From Catajapyx aquilonaris (taxonomy: Eukaryota), in the NCBI GenBank assembly GCA_000934665.2, contig JYFJ02000399.1, positions 1 through 64,000 on the forward strand: a stretch of DNA of 64,000 bases, read 5' to 3'. Below the pieces are notes generated by a model. The model made no database searches. It saw only the letters and a program-made list of their open reading frames with translations, and was not told the DNA's origin. The translations under genes were made by a program, and so were the position numbers. Shown here one piece after another: positions 52,191 through 64,000 of this stretch; the first letter of the stretch is position 1, and each line of letters opens with the position of its first letter.

Positions 52191-55100
52191 ACTGAGAAAT
52201 AAAAGAAAAATAATAACAAGATACACTGAAGAAAAATGAAATTTAAAGTAAATCGAATAAAATAAAATGCTATTCAAACCTCTAATTTGAATGTTTCTGA
52301 GGTAAAATTCCCCCGAGTAATTTTTGGTTGAACGGTACTTAATTTTCTACCTCACATCGATCATATTGGCACAATATTTGAGTAATTCATTCAAGCAAAC
52401 AAACTTGGTTAATTTTCTTCCTCGCGTAATTAAAATCTAATATCGAAAGTGTATTTACTCCAATCTGCATGTAGAAAGTTACTCAATTAACCTTTGAGTA
52501 GAAAATCCACTTTAAAATGAGTTTGAGTGTAACATTGACTGACATTTGCAACGAAATAAGATTCAGTTGGTTCAAACTCCTGAACCAGTCTCCAGAGCAC
52601 GTGCCAACAAAGTCATAAACTAACTCACAAGTTGTCGCTTTGCCAGTTGTCAGCTCCTCCCACACAAGTTCCTGCTAAAATCAGCACAACTCGTGCAACC
52701 CCCCCCCCCCCTTCAAAATCAGCTTAATTGCATTTGCCCGTAAATATTCCCACCGCAAAAATAATTCCGGCACTCCGCCATCATTACCGCAAAATTTATG
52801 TTGCAACTACAGCCTAAATTCCTTACACCGTAATTGACCCCGACTTGTTTCAGAGGTCAAAAAACTTTGCAACACTCGATCCACATCACGATCTTTCTCC
52901 ACTTTCAGCAAAGTATCAGTGACAGTGCAACTTGATCAAAACCCTCAACTTTCGCTACCCGAAAAATCCAGCTTTGAAGGAGTCTGAATACAAAAAATTG
53001 GGAGAAAAAAAACAAGTTTTTTTTTTTTGTTTCTGTTGTTCAAAACCTGGCTGACATGACCCCTCACTTGGTTCACTGACCGCTTTTTCCGTGGGAGAGA
53101 TGATCCCTTTCGCGTCTTCAAACCCGTGACCCGGTTAGTCTTTGGAGAGACCTTATTGGTCACGGAGGGTGGAAGGGTTGGAAAGATCTTCTTCTACTTT
53201 GCCATTGGAGCACCGCCATCTTTTACCAAACACTGGAGGAATTAATTTTTTGGACGTGCCCACCCAACACCCCCCATAGTCCAAAAGTCGTGAAGAGAAA
53301 CACGTTGGATTCGCCAGTGTTTTGCTGGACATCTCTCGAGAACTTGGCCAGCATTAGTGCTGAGGAGGAAACTTGTTGCTTTTGGTGGGGGTCTTCCGGA
53401 TTGTCCAATTATGGTGAGTTGGTGTCTAGGAAGTGGGAGGATTTCGACCCAAGTTTATGTGCGCTTTTACATCACGATTTAGATGGTATTTCTTCTTGTG
53501 TTCGGTCGTGTGCGGAAGAACTGGTTTGGAATGTGCGAATCATTAACTATTAGTATATGATTTGACTAGCAGAAATATGTTTCCTGGTAAGGATTATTAC
53601 TATTTTAAAAATGTTGGTGTATTGTTATTGTGGGAAAGAAAACGTTCTAAATGTTATTGGCCAACAACTTCTTAAAAATAATAATAACAGATTGAGCAAT
53701 TTTTGGAAGAAATTATGAGCACAATATAATTTGAGTAAAATTTAAAATTAAGAGACATTTTCTCAAAGGGCTAATTGGAGTGAAAACCCATCAATATTGA
53801 GCTGAACGCGACAGTGTATGGAAAATATTTATTATTAATATTCTAGAACCTGTTCTGCTATTTTATGAACTCAAATACAGCATGTTTCTAAAGCATCTCT
53901 TTACATCAATGGCAAGGTACTATGAAAGAAAGGATATTATAATTTTTAGCTTTATAAATATTTGTAAGCAAATGGCTTGTTTCTGTTGCATACAATTACT
54001 ATACAGTTCTGCCTAGCAATTTTATTATATCAAGTTTGCAAATATCTCCACAAGCTATGGAAGGTCATAAAAATTAATTCGTGCCTGATTTTCAAAACCC
54101 TGACGCCACAAAACACGCGACAACAATCGACCCATTCAAACGATTTTTTTTTGTACCAGCTATAACGCATTGTATGTAACGCACGCTACAATAAACGACC
54201 CAGAAAGCTTGTGGGATTTACACAAAGTAATGATATTCAATATGGCCACCCCTCATCAGTTTTCTCTGTGCACCCCACTAGTAAAAAAATGGACTAGTTT
54301 CACCCCCTTTTACCGGAACTAAAAAGTGCGCCAAGAAATTATATCACTGCTATAAAATTAGGAATGCTTGTCATTTTTCAGTACGTGCGTAATCGCTTTA
54401 AGTACGCGCAATTAATTCAAAAAATCAGCCTGGTTAAAATGTATCAACGGTTTCATATGAACAGCTTGAAATACAAAAAAATGAATACGTTTTCATTACT
54501 CTGTACCCCGCAGCTCTCGAAAACAATTTTTCTTCTCCATCTCTGTAATATGCCTTCTAATAATTCAACGTAAATAGAAAGTAGAGCACAAGAACGGAAA
54601 TTAGGTATGGACCAGTAGCAATATAAGGAAACGATTCAAAGGAAGATTCAAAACCCTGTTATTAAAACTGCGCCAATTCAATTTATATCGATACTCGCAC
54701 GGCCTCCTATTTTTTTCTGATATAGTTAACTACCGGTATGGTGCGCACACAAAAAAAATGACTTTCTCCGGTATGGTACATGATTTGGAGTGCAGCTTCC
54801 CTTTCGATCCTTCTGGAACGTGTCCATCCGGCTATTCCAGAAGGTGGTGGATGGTGCGAGTCGGCACGAGCTTTATTCAGAGAGAGCAATATAGGCCAGT
54901 GTGTGAGTGGGCCACCATATTGCCCACAGGGTGGTAGGGTGTCAAACATGAAAATTTTCTAGCTTAGAAAATCTATCCAGTCGAACACACTTTTGCTGAA
55001 GACCTGTTTTTTTTGTTACCATGACGTGACGCACTTGGTCAAAAAACAAGTTTATGTCCGGGAGACATGAAGAGTGCAAAGGGTATAATTTCTGAAGTTG

Positions 55101-55818
55101 CTTTTTTTCTGATGGACATTGGACAGTCTGGGGGGAAAAAATTGCACTTTGGGTAATGGAGCGTGCCAGAAGGGCATTCAGCGTGATCTTCGTCGGTTTT
55201 GGTTCACTTCGGGCAGAACCAGCAGAGTTATAAGTGAATGATGAATGTTATCACCGGAAGGGAGGAATTTACTGACAAACAAGTCCTTTCAACAAACTGA
55301 AAACTGTCCATTTCCAGCAGCGATATAATGAGGTGCTTTCATATCGTAATATCGTGATGAATTTTTTTGAAATATTAAGTGACATTCGATCGGCATAGCT
55401 GGAATGAGACTGTTATGTAACTTATACAGATATTTGTAATATAGGAAGAGGAGACAATAGTCCGGAGAAAAAGTCATTAGACAAAAAAAACTCTTTCCAC
55501 GCCTCGTTAGCATCGCTATGCGGAATATACGCATCACACATTGGTTTCCTATAGTAATCCTGATTTGACCAATCCGCGATCTGGTTCTCATATTTGTCAT
55601 AAAACGTTTATTGCCATCATTATACATTGCCATAAACCTTCCGCTCGACTGAATATATATATTTTTAAAGCAATGAGATCTGGAGGAAAAACGATCATCA
55701 TCAACCATAAAGCAGCTGTATGTAGTAATATACACTCCAACCTTTGCACTGTTTCAGATCTATTCATTTCAGTTTACTCGGGCCTAAATACACATGATTC
55801 ATGTATCATTTTCCCCTG

Positions 55819-55888
55819 CTATTGTATAAAAGACAAAGTTTGTTTGCTTGCTTGCTTGCTTGCTTGTCCAGGTTCGGTTACCATGGCT
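55819..55888 (+). mobile_element. 5' fragment of the same Helitron-like family
   Basis: CTATTGTATAAAAGACAAAGTTTGTTTG(CTTG)nTCCAGGTTCGGTTACCATGG matches 28223-28290. Confidence 0.5.
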
Positions 55889-55994
55889 ATTAATTTTTGT
55901 GTCGGTCAGGCCTTAATGTGTGCTATTAATTTATAATGTGATTTTCATATTTGAAAATTGTAAGTCAATTCCTCCGTTAATCTTAAATAAATTA

Positions 55995-56086
55995 GGATGG
56001 AATTTTAGTCCCACTGCTAGTTACTGCTAACTTAGTAGTACCACTGTTGGCACTGCTAAGTTAGCAGTGGGACGAAAATTCCGCCG
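55995..56086. mobile_element. Second copy of the palindromic MITE
   Basis: GGATGGAATTTTAGTCCCACTGCTA...TAGCAGTGGGACGAAAATTCCGCC, with the internal ACTGCTAACTTAG shared with 25996. Confidence 0.55.
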
Positions 56087-56136
56087 CTATAGTCATTAGT
56101 CAGTGTCATTTTTTTTCGAACTTGTGTTTGTTTCAG

Positions 56137-57314
56137 ATTGTGCTGCTTCTCTTATGCCTGACCTTGTCTGAATGGAGCTGTGCAGAGCCTCCGCGTCACC
56201 AGCACCATCACAAAGCACCTCCTAGGCAGCACACGGTGGTAGTCAAATTGGCCGGACCGAGCAAGATCTTCGGATGGGTAGGGGCCAGACATGCAAAAGC
56301 GCCGTACAAGATACCGAGGCCTTTCTTTCCCAAGTACTCGTACGCCCTGCCTAGTTACACCTCCTTCTACAAGGAGCATGGTCTGTACGGAAACTTCAAG
56401 GGAGTCAAAGGAAACAGCCTGATCGCTGTGGGTCCCAAGTACAAGTATTTTAAGCCCTCAATAGGCTACGAGGTTCCGTACTTCAGCAAAGATTTTGTGC
56501 CCCATTCGACTCACTACTACCCTGTTGAATCGTCCGGGTTCGGTAGCGGTAGTGGTTCAGGCCATGGAGATGTAGTGGCGTCAGTGGACGGAGGTCAGCT
56601 CCATAGCACATCTTCTGGACACGGCAGCTTCGGTGGAGTGTCCGGTGGCGGGTATGGGAGCTTCGGAGGCGTCTCTGGAGGTGGCGTGTCAGGAGGCGGC
56701 CATGGGAGCTTCGGTGGCGTCTCGTCAGGCGGTTCTTACGGCGGAGGAATCCACGTGGAGCAGCAAAAGATTGTTGAGTTTATGCCGTCGTTTGGACCCA
56801 TCGGAGGTGGACATGCACATGGCGATTCAGGTACTGTTGAAACTTATGCAAATGTCTCATATTGCATAACTTTCGCCAACAAAAGGGTAGGAATCCGCTA
56901 TTTACACTTTAAACTTGCAATACAGGTCCTGGTAGCGCCGTGTTTGGCTTGGCACCACCGCAGTCATCATACGGGGACCTCCTCCCGAGCTACTCCGAAC
57001 CGGAAGCCTTGGTCAGTAGGCATCCGACCGACACGACTCCTTCGCCCCCTCAGTACGTGGACATAAACGAGCTGCTGGGCAACCTTCCACAGAAGGACGA
57101 GAAGCTCAACATCATCCCAAGCGTGGAGCTCAAGTTCTCCTCCAGTACGCCTCCGACCTCCAGCAGCAGGGTCAGTGTCAAGGTCAGCACTTCTGAGAAG
57201 ACCAGCGAAACCGGACCTCACCACCATCATCCTCACAGAGGTGACATTCCTGTCCTGGAGAGGTCGGACCAAGTCGTGCGACCCAGAGTCAAGCCCGTGG
57301 GATACGTCTTGTGA
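56137..57314 (+). CDS. Secreted Gly/His/Tyr-rich low-complexity (cuticle-type) protein, ~360 aa; first coding exon uncertain
   Basis: Exons 56137-56830 and 56926-57314 (phase 1). Signal IVLLLLCLTLSEWSCA, GHGSFGGVSGG repeats, His tracts. Candidate phase-0 start mini-exons: ATG|GTGAGT at 51996-51998 or ATGCGACAA|GTAAGA at 51967-51975. TATATAA at 50890. Confidence 0.85.
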
Positions 57315-60300
57315 AGAAGAAAAAAAAACGAGCTTGATCCACTTTTGTTGTGATAAGGCCAACATAGGTCCTGATAATTGTGCCAGACTGAACTCAAATC
57401 CCCGGAGATAAAACCGAGAGTTTTAAATGCACGAAATGCTGATAGAGTGTGATGGAACCCGATGGAACCTGTAAGCCGGCTTTAAATGTCATGAACAGGA
57501 AGATTATTTTAAGAGATACAAGTTAACAAAATCCACTCTCTACATGCTAATTTTTTCAGTAGTGTTTGTTGTGCCAATAACATCAGGACAATGGTCGTCA
57601 AATGAATCAAAAACAGCTCAAATTTGTCTAATGAAACACACCCTTTTGGCAGGAACTTTAAAAATTACTGTTTTTGAACAACTCTCTTTGGATACTTGTT
57701 GTTAGGAACAAGCCCGTGTGAACTCAGCTGAAACTTTGAGCATTATTCAGAATGCAGCACCAAACTTCTGCTTTCCAGAATGTTGCTTGTAACTCATGTA
57801 AGTCGTGCTTTAGGTGAAAAGAGTTGAACCAGAAAGTGAAGAGCAGTCGATTCGACCAAATTAATGACACAGATTGGGCCTCCCTTAATCACAGGGGGAG
57901 GCACGCATTGGACAAGCGAAGTATGTAGGTAAGTGTTTCAAGCAGTGAAAAATCACTACGCATGTCGCTCAATTTACGTGAAATTTAACAGTGTTTTCTC
58001 TAATTACGCTGTCGATCTGGTTCAAACTCCTTCATGACTTTGCATAACAATGACTGAACGCAAAAGGCCCGTCAATTTTTTTAAAGCATGGTGAAAACTG
58101 TACTACAATATGACCGAATAGCAGAATAAATGTATTTATATTTGAATGCTGCAATATTGCAGCAATTTATCGAAAATGAACATTGCGTTTGAAGCCTGAA
58201 ATAATATTCATAACGATCAGTCTAATATTAAATAATTTTCAAATCTAAAATGTATTATGATTCTCCTTGTCATTTTTTTCTTCAAAAATTGCATAATGTT
58301 ATAATAAATTTGATTTATGCAAGATGGACCAAAATGTTAGTGTACGATCGTTCTGAATTTTACATTTTCGTCTCGGTTAATTCCAATTACTTTTATCAGC
58401 TATTTCACTGCTGACTTTACACCTTAGTTTTTCACACTAAAGAGGAACTACTTCGGTAAGTAATATTACGCTACATATCACCGCGTAATCTTTTCCTTCC
58501 CAAAAAAAACCCACCTCTATTCCATAACAATAGCACTTTTACTCCGAAAATTGCACAACTGCGTAACACGCTCGCTTTTCCTATTGCTCCAAATTACAAC
58601 CCACCAACTCCAAATTACAGTGTTCAACATTACATCGTACACAAAACAAGTACACACATGTTTTTTTTTGAACCTACAAGGAAACCACATATTTGAGAAC
58701 AATTCTGTTTATAATTTTTTATCTTCTTATCTGTGGTAGTATCTTCCATTACACTTTTTCCTTCCCCTTAGGAATCCCGCACGGTATTATCTCTAGCCCT
58801 GAGAGCACAGGACCTACTGACCCACATCCAGGGCACAGAGGTAACCCTTTAGAGACCTCCGAGACAGTTGACCTCCAAAAAGAAGTGCGAGAATCGGGTC
58901 GAGCTGACATCCATTGCGTGAAGCTGTCACAAAGTCAAACGACTCCAAGAAAAGAAAAAAAAATGTGACAAAAAAGTAACCTTCTGAATACCAAACAACA
59001 AAACAAACGCTCTACTTTTTTTTTGAAAGACTTTGAAAAATGGATGCAATATTTACACCCCCCAAAAAGGAGAGCTCTTAGTAAAGTGCACGTTTCTATT
59101 TTCTCGAAAAGCTGGAGACAAATTGTAAATAGTTCCCACAAAAGTGCAGGTCCATTGAGTTTGAAACGTTTTCCTAAACAAATATTGTGGCGTTCGATTT
59201 ATAGCCGGCCAAACTGCCTTTTTTTCTGGTCGCTTTCTTGTCAGATTACGTTGCAAGTCTGGCAGCTTGAATGGATGCAGGCAGAAGGAAAAGAAAATGT
59301 CGGAAGAAAGTTACGACACAGAAGTTTAATGATTGCTTGCAGTTCGTTTCGTTGGGTAAGAATGGTTCATGCCCATTGATGAAATTTATCTTCAAAAGTG
59401 AGAAGGATTTGATGGTTTTGATTTTGTAAGAAGTTTGGACGTCGATTTTTATTTAACCCTACTGTAATCCAGTTAACAGCAAAAAAATTTCAAACAATAT
59501 TTTGCTCAATTGCATTTACTTGACGCAAACACTATAAGCCATGGAATGTATAAAGAACGAGTTTAAAAAGTTAAAAAGTTAAAAAAGCAAAAAAAGAGCT
59601 CGATTGACAAACAAAAGGCCAATAAAATTTGTCAGGCTCTAATAAGGCTGTCGTAAAATTCAAATATGCATTTTTTTAAAGCCACATTTCAGAGTAAACA
59701 AGTCGTCATTCCAAATAAGCGCAAACCCCCGCTATGCAGGCCGTTGATTACAAAAAAAAACCTTTTCCCAATTGCCGACACTGCAAAAATTAAACGCAAA
59801 CATGTACTGGAAAGGGTTGCTCATTTATTATTATTTTTTTGTGCAACCGCGAAAAGATATTATTAGTTGTCGTGCTGTCAAGCTTGCTCCCAAAAAGGTT
59901 GTGCAGTTGATGGCGTCACACGTCACCCTCTGACGTAAATGGGGCCTGTCGAAAATTAATTCGCAGTTTTAAACACCTGCAAAAGTTAATAATCATCAGT
60001 TTAATGAACCACCGCCGACATAATGTAATCGTGTAAGACAACTCAATTGTTGTATACCATGACGCTTATTATCTCGTCGTCATACCGTTTAATGCCATGA
60101 CAGAACGTAACATTTCCACGTCAGCTTTGTCATCGATCATGGTTTTAAAACCTGTATTTTAATTACTCATTGCACCAAAAAATTGGGATTAAGAGATGAA
60201 AACATACATTACCTTATTTATTACAAACTGATGTCAGTGTTGCATATCATAAATGAAGCTAAAATGAAACGAAATCAAACAGTATGGTAATCAAAAATAA

Positions 60301-62606
60301 TGAAATAATATGAAATGAAATTATCAACAAACGTATAATGAAATAATGTGAGATGAAATAAAATAATAGGCAAAATAATAATGAAATATAAACATAACAA
60401 AAGTAATCTAAATGCGAACTTTTCCATCTCTTATATGTAAGCATTGATTCGTGCTACTCTGTCACAAAAATTAACTTCAAGTCAATTCTTGGACCAACTG
60501 TTATTGACCCTTCTATTCTGACCGGCCCAACGCGCGCGCAAAAAAGATGTTTTGTGTCCAGTAATTCCAAAGCTTCTCTTTGAGCCCAGGCTTCATCCAG
60601 ACAGGTCCCTTTGACCTCTGTGCTGTTGTCCTCTCCCCAAAGGTCCCTTGTTCCCGGGCCCTTCATTACACCAGAATGATGATCTCTCCCTGTGCTGGTG
60701 GCATCTCGGGAATGGACCAAAACTCATTATACGCCGCAGCGTCGAATAAATCCCAGTTCGCTTATCTCCTCTTCCTCGCATTGAATTATTGTTCCCCTTT
60801 TACATCCTCTCTCTATATACTAGCACTCGCCACTGATGCTGCTCCGCATTCTCCAAATTGCTTCTCTTCCTTCGTGCGGATGTACTGTACAGTATACTAC
60901 GTGATGTATACATCCAGCTTTTACAAGTGCCAGAAATACCCGGGTGAGCCGAGATAAGTGGAGTGTGAGAGTGAGAAATGGAGGGGAGATTGGGGGGGGG
61001 AAAAAGGCATGATTCATATTTTAAAATGTGGATATCTGTATGGAAATTGGCGAAAATATAATTATCTGAGAAGATAGCAGGTGGGAATCTGCTATGAAGT
61101 AATTTTGGGGGAAGATAAGGGCATATTTTATGAACTTGTTCTTCAACTTGATGGACAAGTTGAGCAGAAATCCTACTTTTCATTTTTTTTAAACAATTTA
61201 CACATAGTATCGGTAGTAATAAAAAATTTGCATGTTAATAGTAGCTACAACAACTCATCAAATTAATATTTAATCTATTAATCATTGTCAGCAATACGTA
61301 TGGAGTAATTGTTCAATAAGTGGATGTGAGTAATGTTCGGTTTTATCAATACAGAATATTAAAATATCAACAATTTTGTGCAGACACTTGCATTGCATGA
61401 TCCGACATAATTCATTAAAGATTTTTGCTAATTTTGTGTCGATACGACAAGACCAGTACCTAAATAGTTGCCCATGCAGATATGTCATCATCAGATAATA
61501 ATTTAAGCGAATCCAATAAAAATGTAAGCCTAATTAATGCAAACTAGCATTCGACTCGATAGAATCACACTAAAATGATTTTACAGCCACTTTCTTCAAA
61601 GCAATATGAATCAGTATAACCAGTTTTAAACGACTGAACATATCGCAACCCCTTTCCAGTAGAATAATAACGGCAGCTAATACCAGCAGAAAGTGACACA
61701 TCCGTAAATGGTTAATAAGCGGAACTAATAACTAATTATTCTCCCACTATACAGTACATTCTCCCCATCAAAATGTATTCACAGTACGACGAGTCGTTTA
61801 CTCCAGCAACATTATTTGTCACTTCAAATCTGGGTTCAACAAACTGTAATTGCTCATTTTTTATGTTCATACATTTCTCCCCCAGCACATTCTTTATGGG
61901 AAAATGCCTCTAAAAATATTGCTGATACACCTGAATTCGTCCTAATCCGCCCCAATTTTTTCTGCTTCCAATCCTGTACATCATCTCGCCCATTTTGGCC
62001 CACAGGGCGTTGTCTTCCTATTGTATATCCGTCATTGTGCCCACGTTAGATCCGCGGTATTATTCATTCCCTAACGGTACACCGAGCCTTGTGGAAGGAA
62101 AAACCCTCCTAATACACCCTACGGACACGTGAGTGACAAAAGGGGCATGAATATCCGTGGAAGAAGCAACCGGGGATTGAATCCAGCGATTACGCCACGG
62201 GGCCGACCTACATGCCAATCTATTCCCCCCAGAAAAAAGTAGGTCCCCCGAAAAAACCCCAGTCCGGGATCAACTTTCTCCACCGAATATGATCAGTTCT
62301 TTGAACCGGATCAAGGAAGTGATAGCACCCATCTGTATTAATTAACAGAATAAAGAAACAGTATTATTCTCACGGTGACGCTCCGGTAGCTTCCTACTGT
62401 ACTGTGTCATTATTTCGGTCTGTCTTTTTTACTCTTTTTTTTTGTGTGTGTGTGTGTCTTCAAGGTCCCCGGGTTGTGAGTCAGTGAAGGGGGGAAGTTG
62501 TAACCTGGTTCCTGAACCCAACTCACAAATCCGGGCGTGGGGGAATAAGTAAGCGGTTTCGGTCTCGTGCTCTTTTCCCTTTACCTCCTTCCTTCTTTGG
62601 CCTCAG

Positions 62607-62721
62607 TAACGTGCAGCTTCTTTACCTGGCCGGTTCTAGGAGGCTTCTTCACAGTATTGTTCAGTTGCAAGGTTGCCTAAGAGGTGACCACGTTGCCATG
62701 GGAAGGCTTGGACTTATTCAG
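62607..62721 (+). other. Possible first coding exon (MGRLGLIQ|gt) of a further gene extending beyond the window
   Basis: Long polypyrimidine tract and CAG at 62604-62606, GCCATGG start context at 62698, CAG|GTAACT donor. No downstream exon confirmed. Confidence 0.3.
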
Positions 62722-62849
62722 GTAACTTTGGTATTGTTCGGTTTGGCAATTAGGCTAAGGGTGCTAAGTAGGCTACAAGTGCATGGAGTTACGAAGCGGT
62801 GTCAAGTTTCATTCCTGAATAATTATTCATTCAAAGACTGTTACTTGAT

Positions 62850-63030
62850 CGAATATTCTGAAATAGCTGAAATATTCTGAAATACTGGCCGAAGTATTCT
62901 AAAGTACTTAGCTGAAGTATTCTGAAATACAGGGGCTGAAATATTCTGAAATACTGGCCGAAGTATTCTGAAATACAGGGGCTTAAATATTCTGAAAGAT
63001 AGTATCTGAAATATTCTGAAATAGCTGAAG
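62850..63030. repeat. Minisatellite GAA(A/G)TATTCTGAAATA(C/G), ~8 units
   Basis: Directly visible degenerate tandem units. Confidence 0.85.
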
Positions 63031-64000
63031 TTGTTACCTACAAAGCTACAATGAGTTTGAAACATGAAAAAACTGAAGAAATTGAGTTCGCTGGCACTAT
63101 TCGTGTGCACTCAATGTGTACCTACCGAGTAATAAAAATAGATAAAAAAATAATAATGAAAAATCAGTCAAGTTGAGTTGAATCTGGTACTAACCAAACA
63201 ATATTGTGGTTCGACTGAGCATATCGAGGTTAGACATATGAAACTGACACTAATGTGAATGTGATTACAGTGAAATTAACATTTCCGCTTAAAATAAGGG
63301 AACGGAATTGTTGACCTAAAAAAATTATAAAGTGTTGGGGTGTGAAGGTTGTGAGGAACACACGGATGTTCCATATTCTAGGAATACGTGTGTAGGATGG
63401 TTTTACTAGCAATTAAAATTAGAGCACAAGCAAGTTACTTTCTCTATTTTAATTTCTGGGATTGTTGTGCCCCTATTTACATGTGAGTAATGCTTGTGTC
63501 TTCCGCTTTGATGAGGACTAGTCCATGTCATGTATAATTACTTTTTTTCTCTCAGATAGTTCACAGCTCCACTAGTCAAATAACGGCCACTTTGTTATCA
63601 GACCCAAACACTGGTCAATAATAGCAAGAATGTTTTAAACCTTTAAGGAAAAAGAGGAAGACACTTCCTAACAAGAAAATAGTTAAATAGATTAATAGTT
63701 GTCACAAACTCAACCATCTATAACTGATGAATATAGTCCTAATTTTAATATTTCCTTTATATTGGAAATGTGTCAGCTCATAATACGACTTCATATAAGA
63801 TCTGCTTGCAACAGTTGACTGAATCCCAACAAAGAACAGCTGCATGACTTGCATGCAGCAGGAGAGTATGAAAAGCCTTAAAGAAAAGTACAAAGTGTCA
63901 GCTGCAGCATATTGAGCCAGCAATGAGAGCACTCTTAAGTGCACTTGAACGACGGTAGAATCTGACAGGCTTATTCACCGTGCTGCACTGTACAGAAGAA

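Noticed and set aside
58770..58930. Possible isolated exon (GIPHGIISSPESTGPTDPHPGHR)
   Set aside because: No partner exons or recognisable product.

Overview
AT-rich eukaryotic DNA, very probably from an arthropod (short GT-AG introns, Spaetzle genes, SYGAP-repeat and Gly-rich secreted proteins). Most ORFs in the supplied track are spurious or partial, so I rebuilt the genes by hand from splice sites and codon phase. Seven spliced genes emerge. (1) A 9-exon, ~528-aa gene (3719-8962, +) whose motif order fits a Mutator/MULE-type DDE transposase fold, a candidate domesticated transposase. (2) A 71-aa secreted precursor of a 6-Cys peptide (11224-11565, +) that the ORF track only partly captures. 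(3, 4) Two tandem Spaetzle (Toll-ligand) paralogues (12427-15542 and 18206-21291, -) with identical exon structure, each with an extra prodomain Cys and an extra C-terminal tail Cys. (5) A 94-aa Pro-rich secreted orphan (22387-23223, -). (6) A 642-aa SYGAP-repeat protein with an internal Lys-rich amphipathic segment (42450-45628, +). (7) A ~360-aa Gly/His/Tyr-rich secreted protein (56137-57314, +). The rest is long non-coding DNA with MITEs, Helitron-like fragments, mini/microsatellites and candidate cis-elements. I saw no rRNA, intact tRNA, CRISPR array or autonomous transposon. No database search was possible, so novelty statements are hypotheses.
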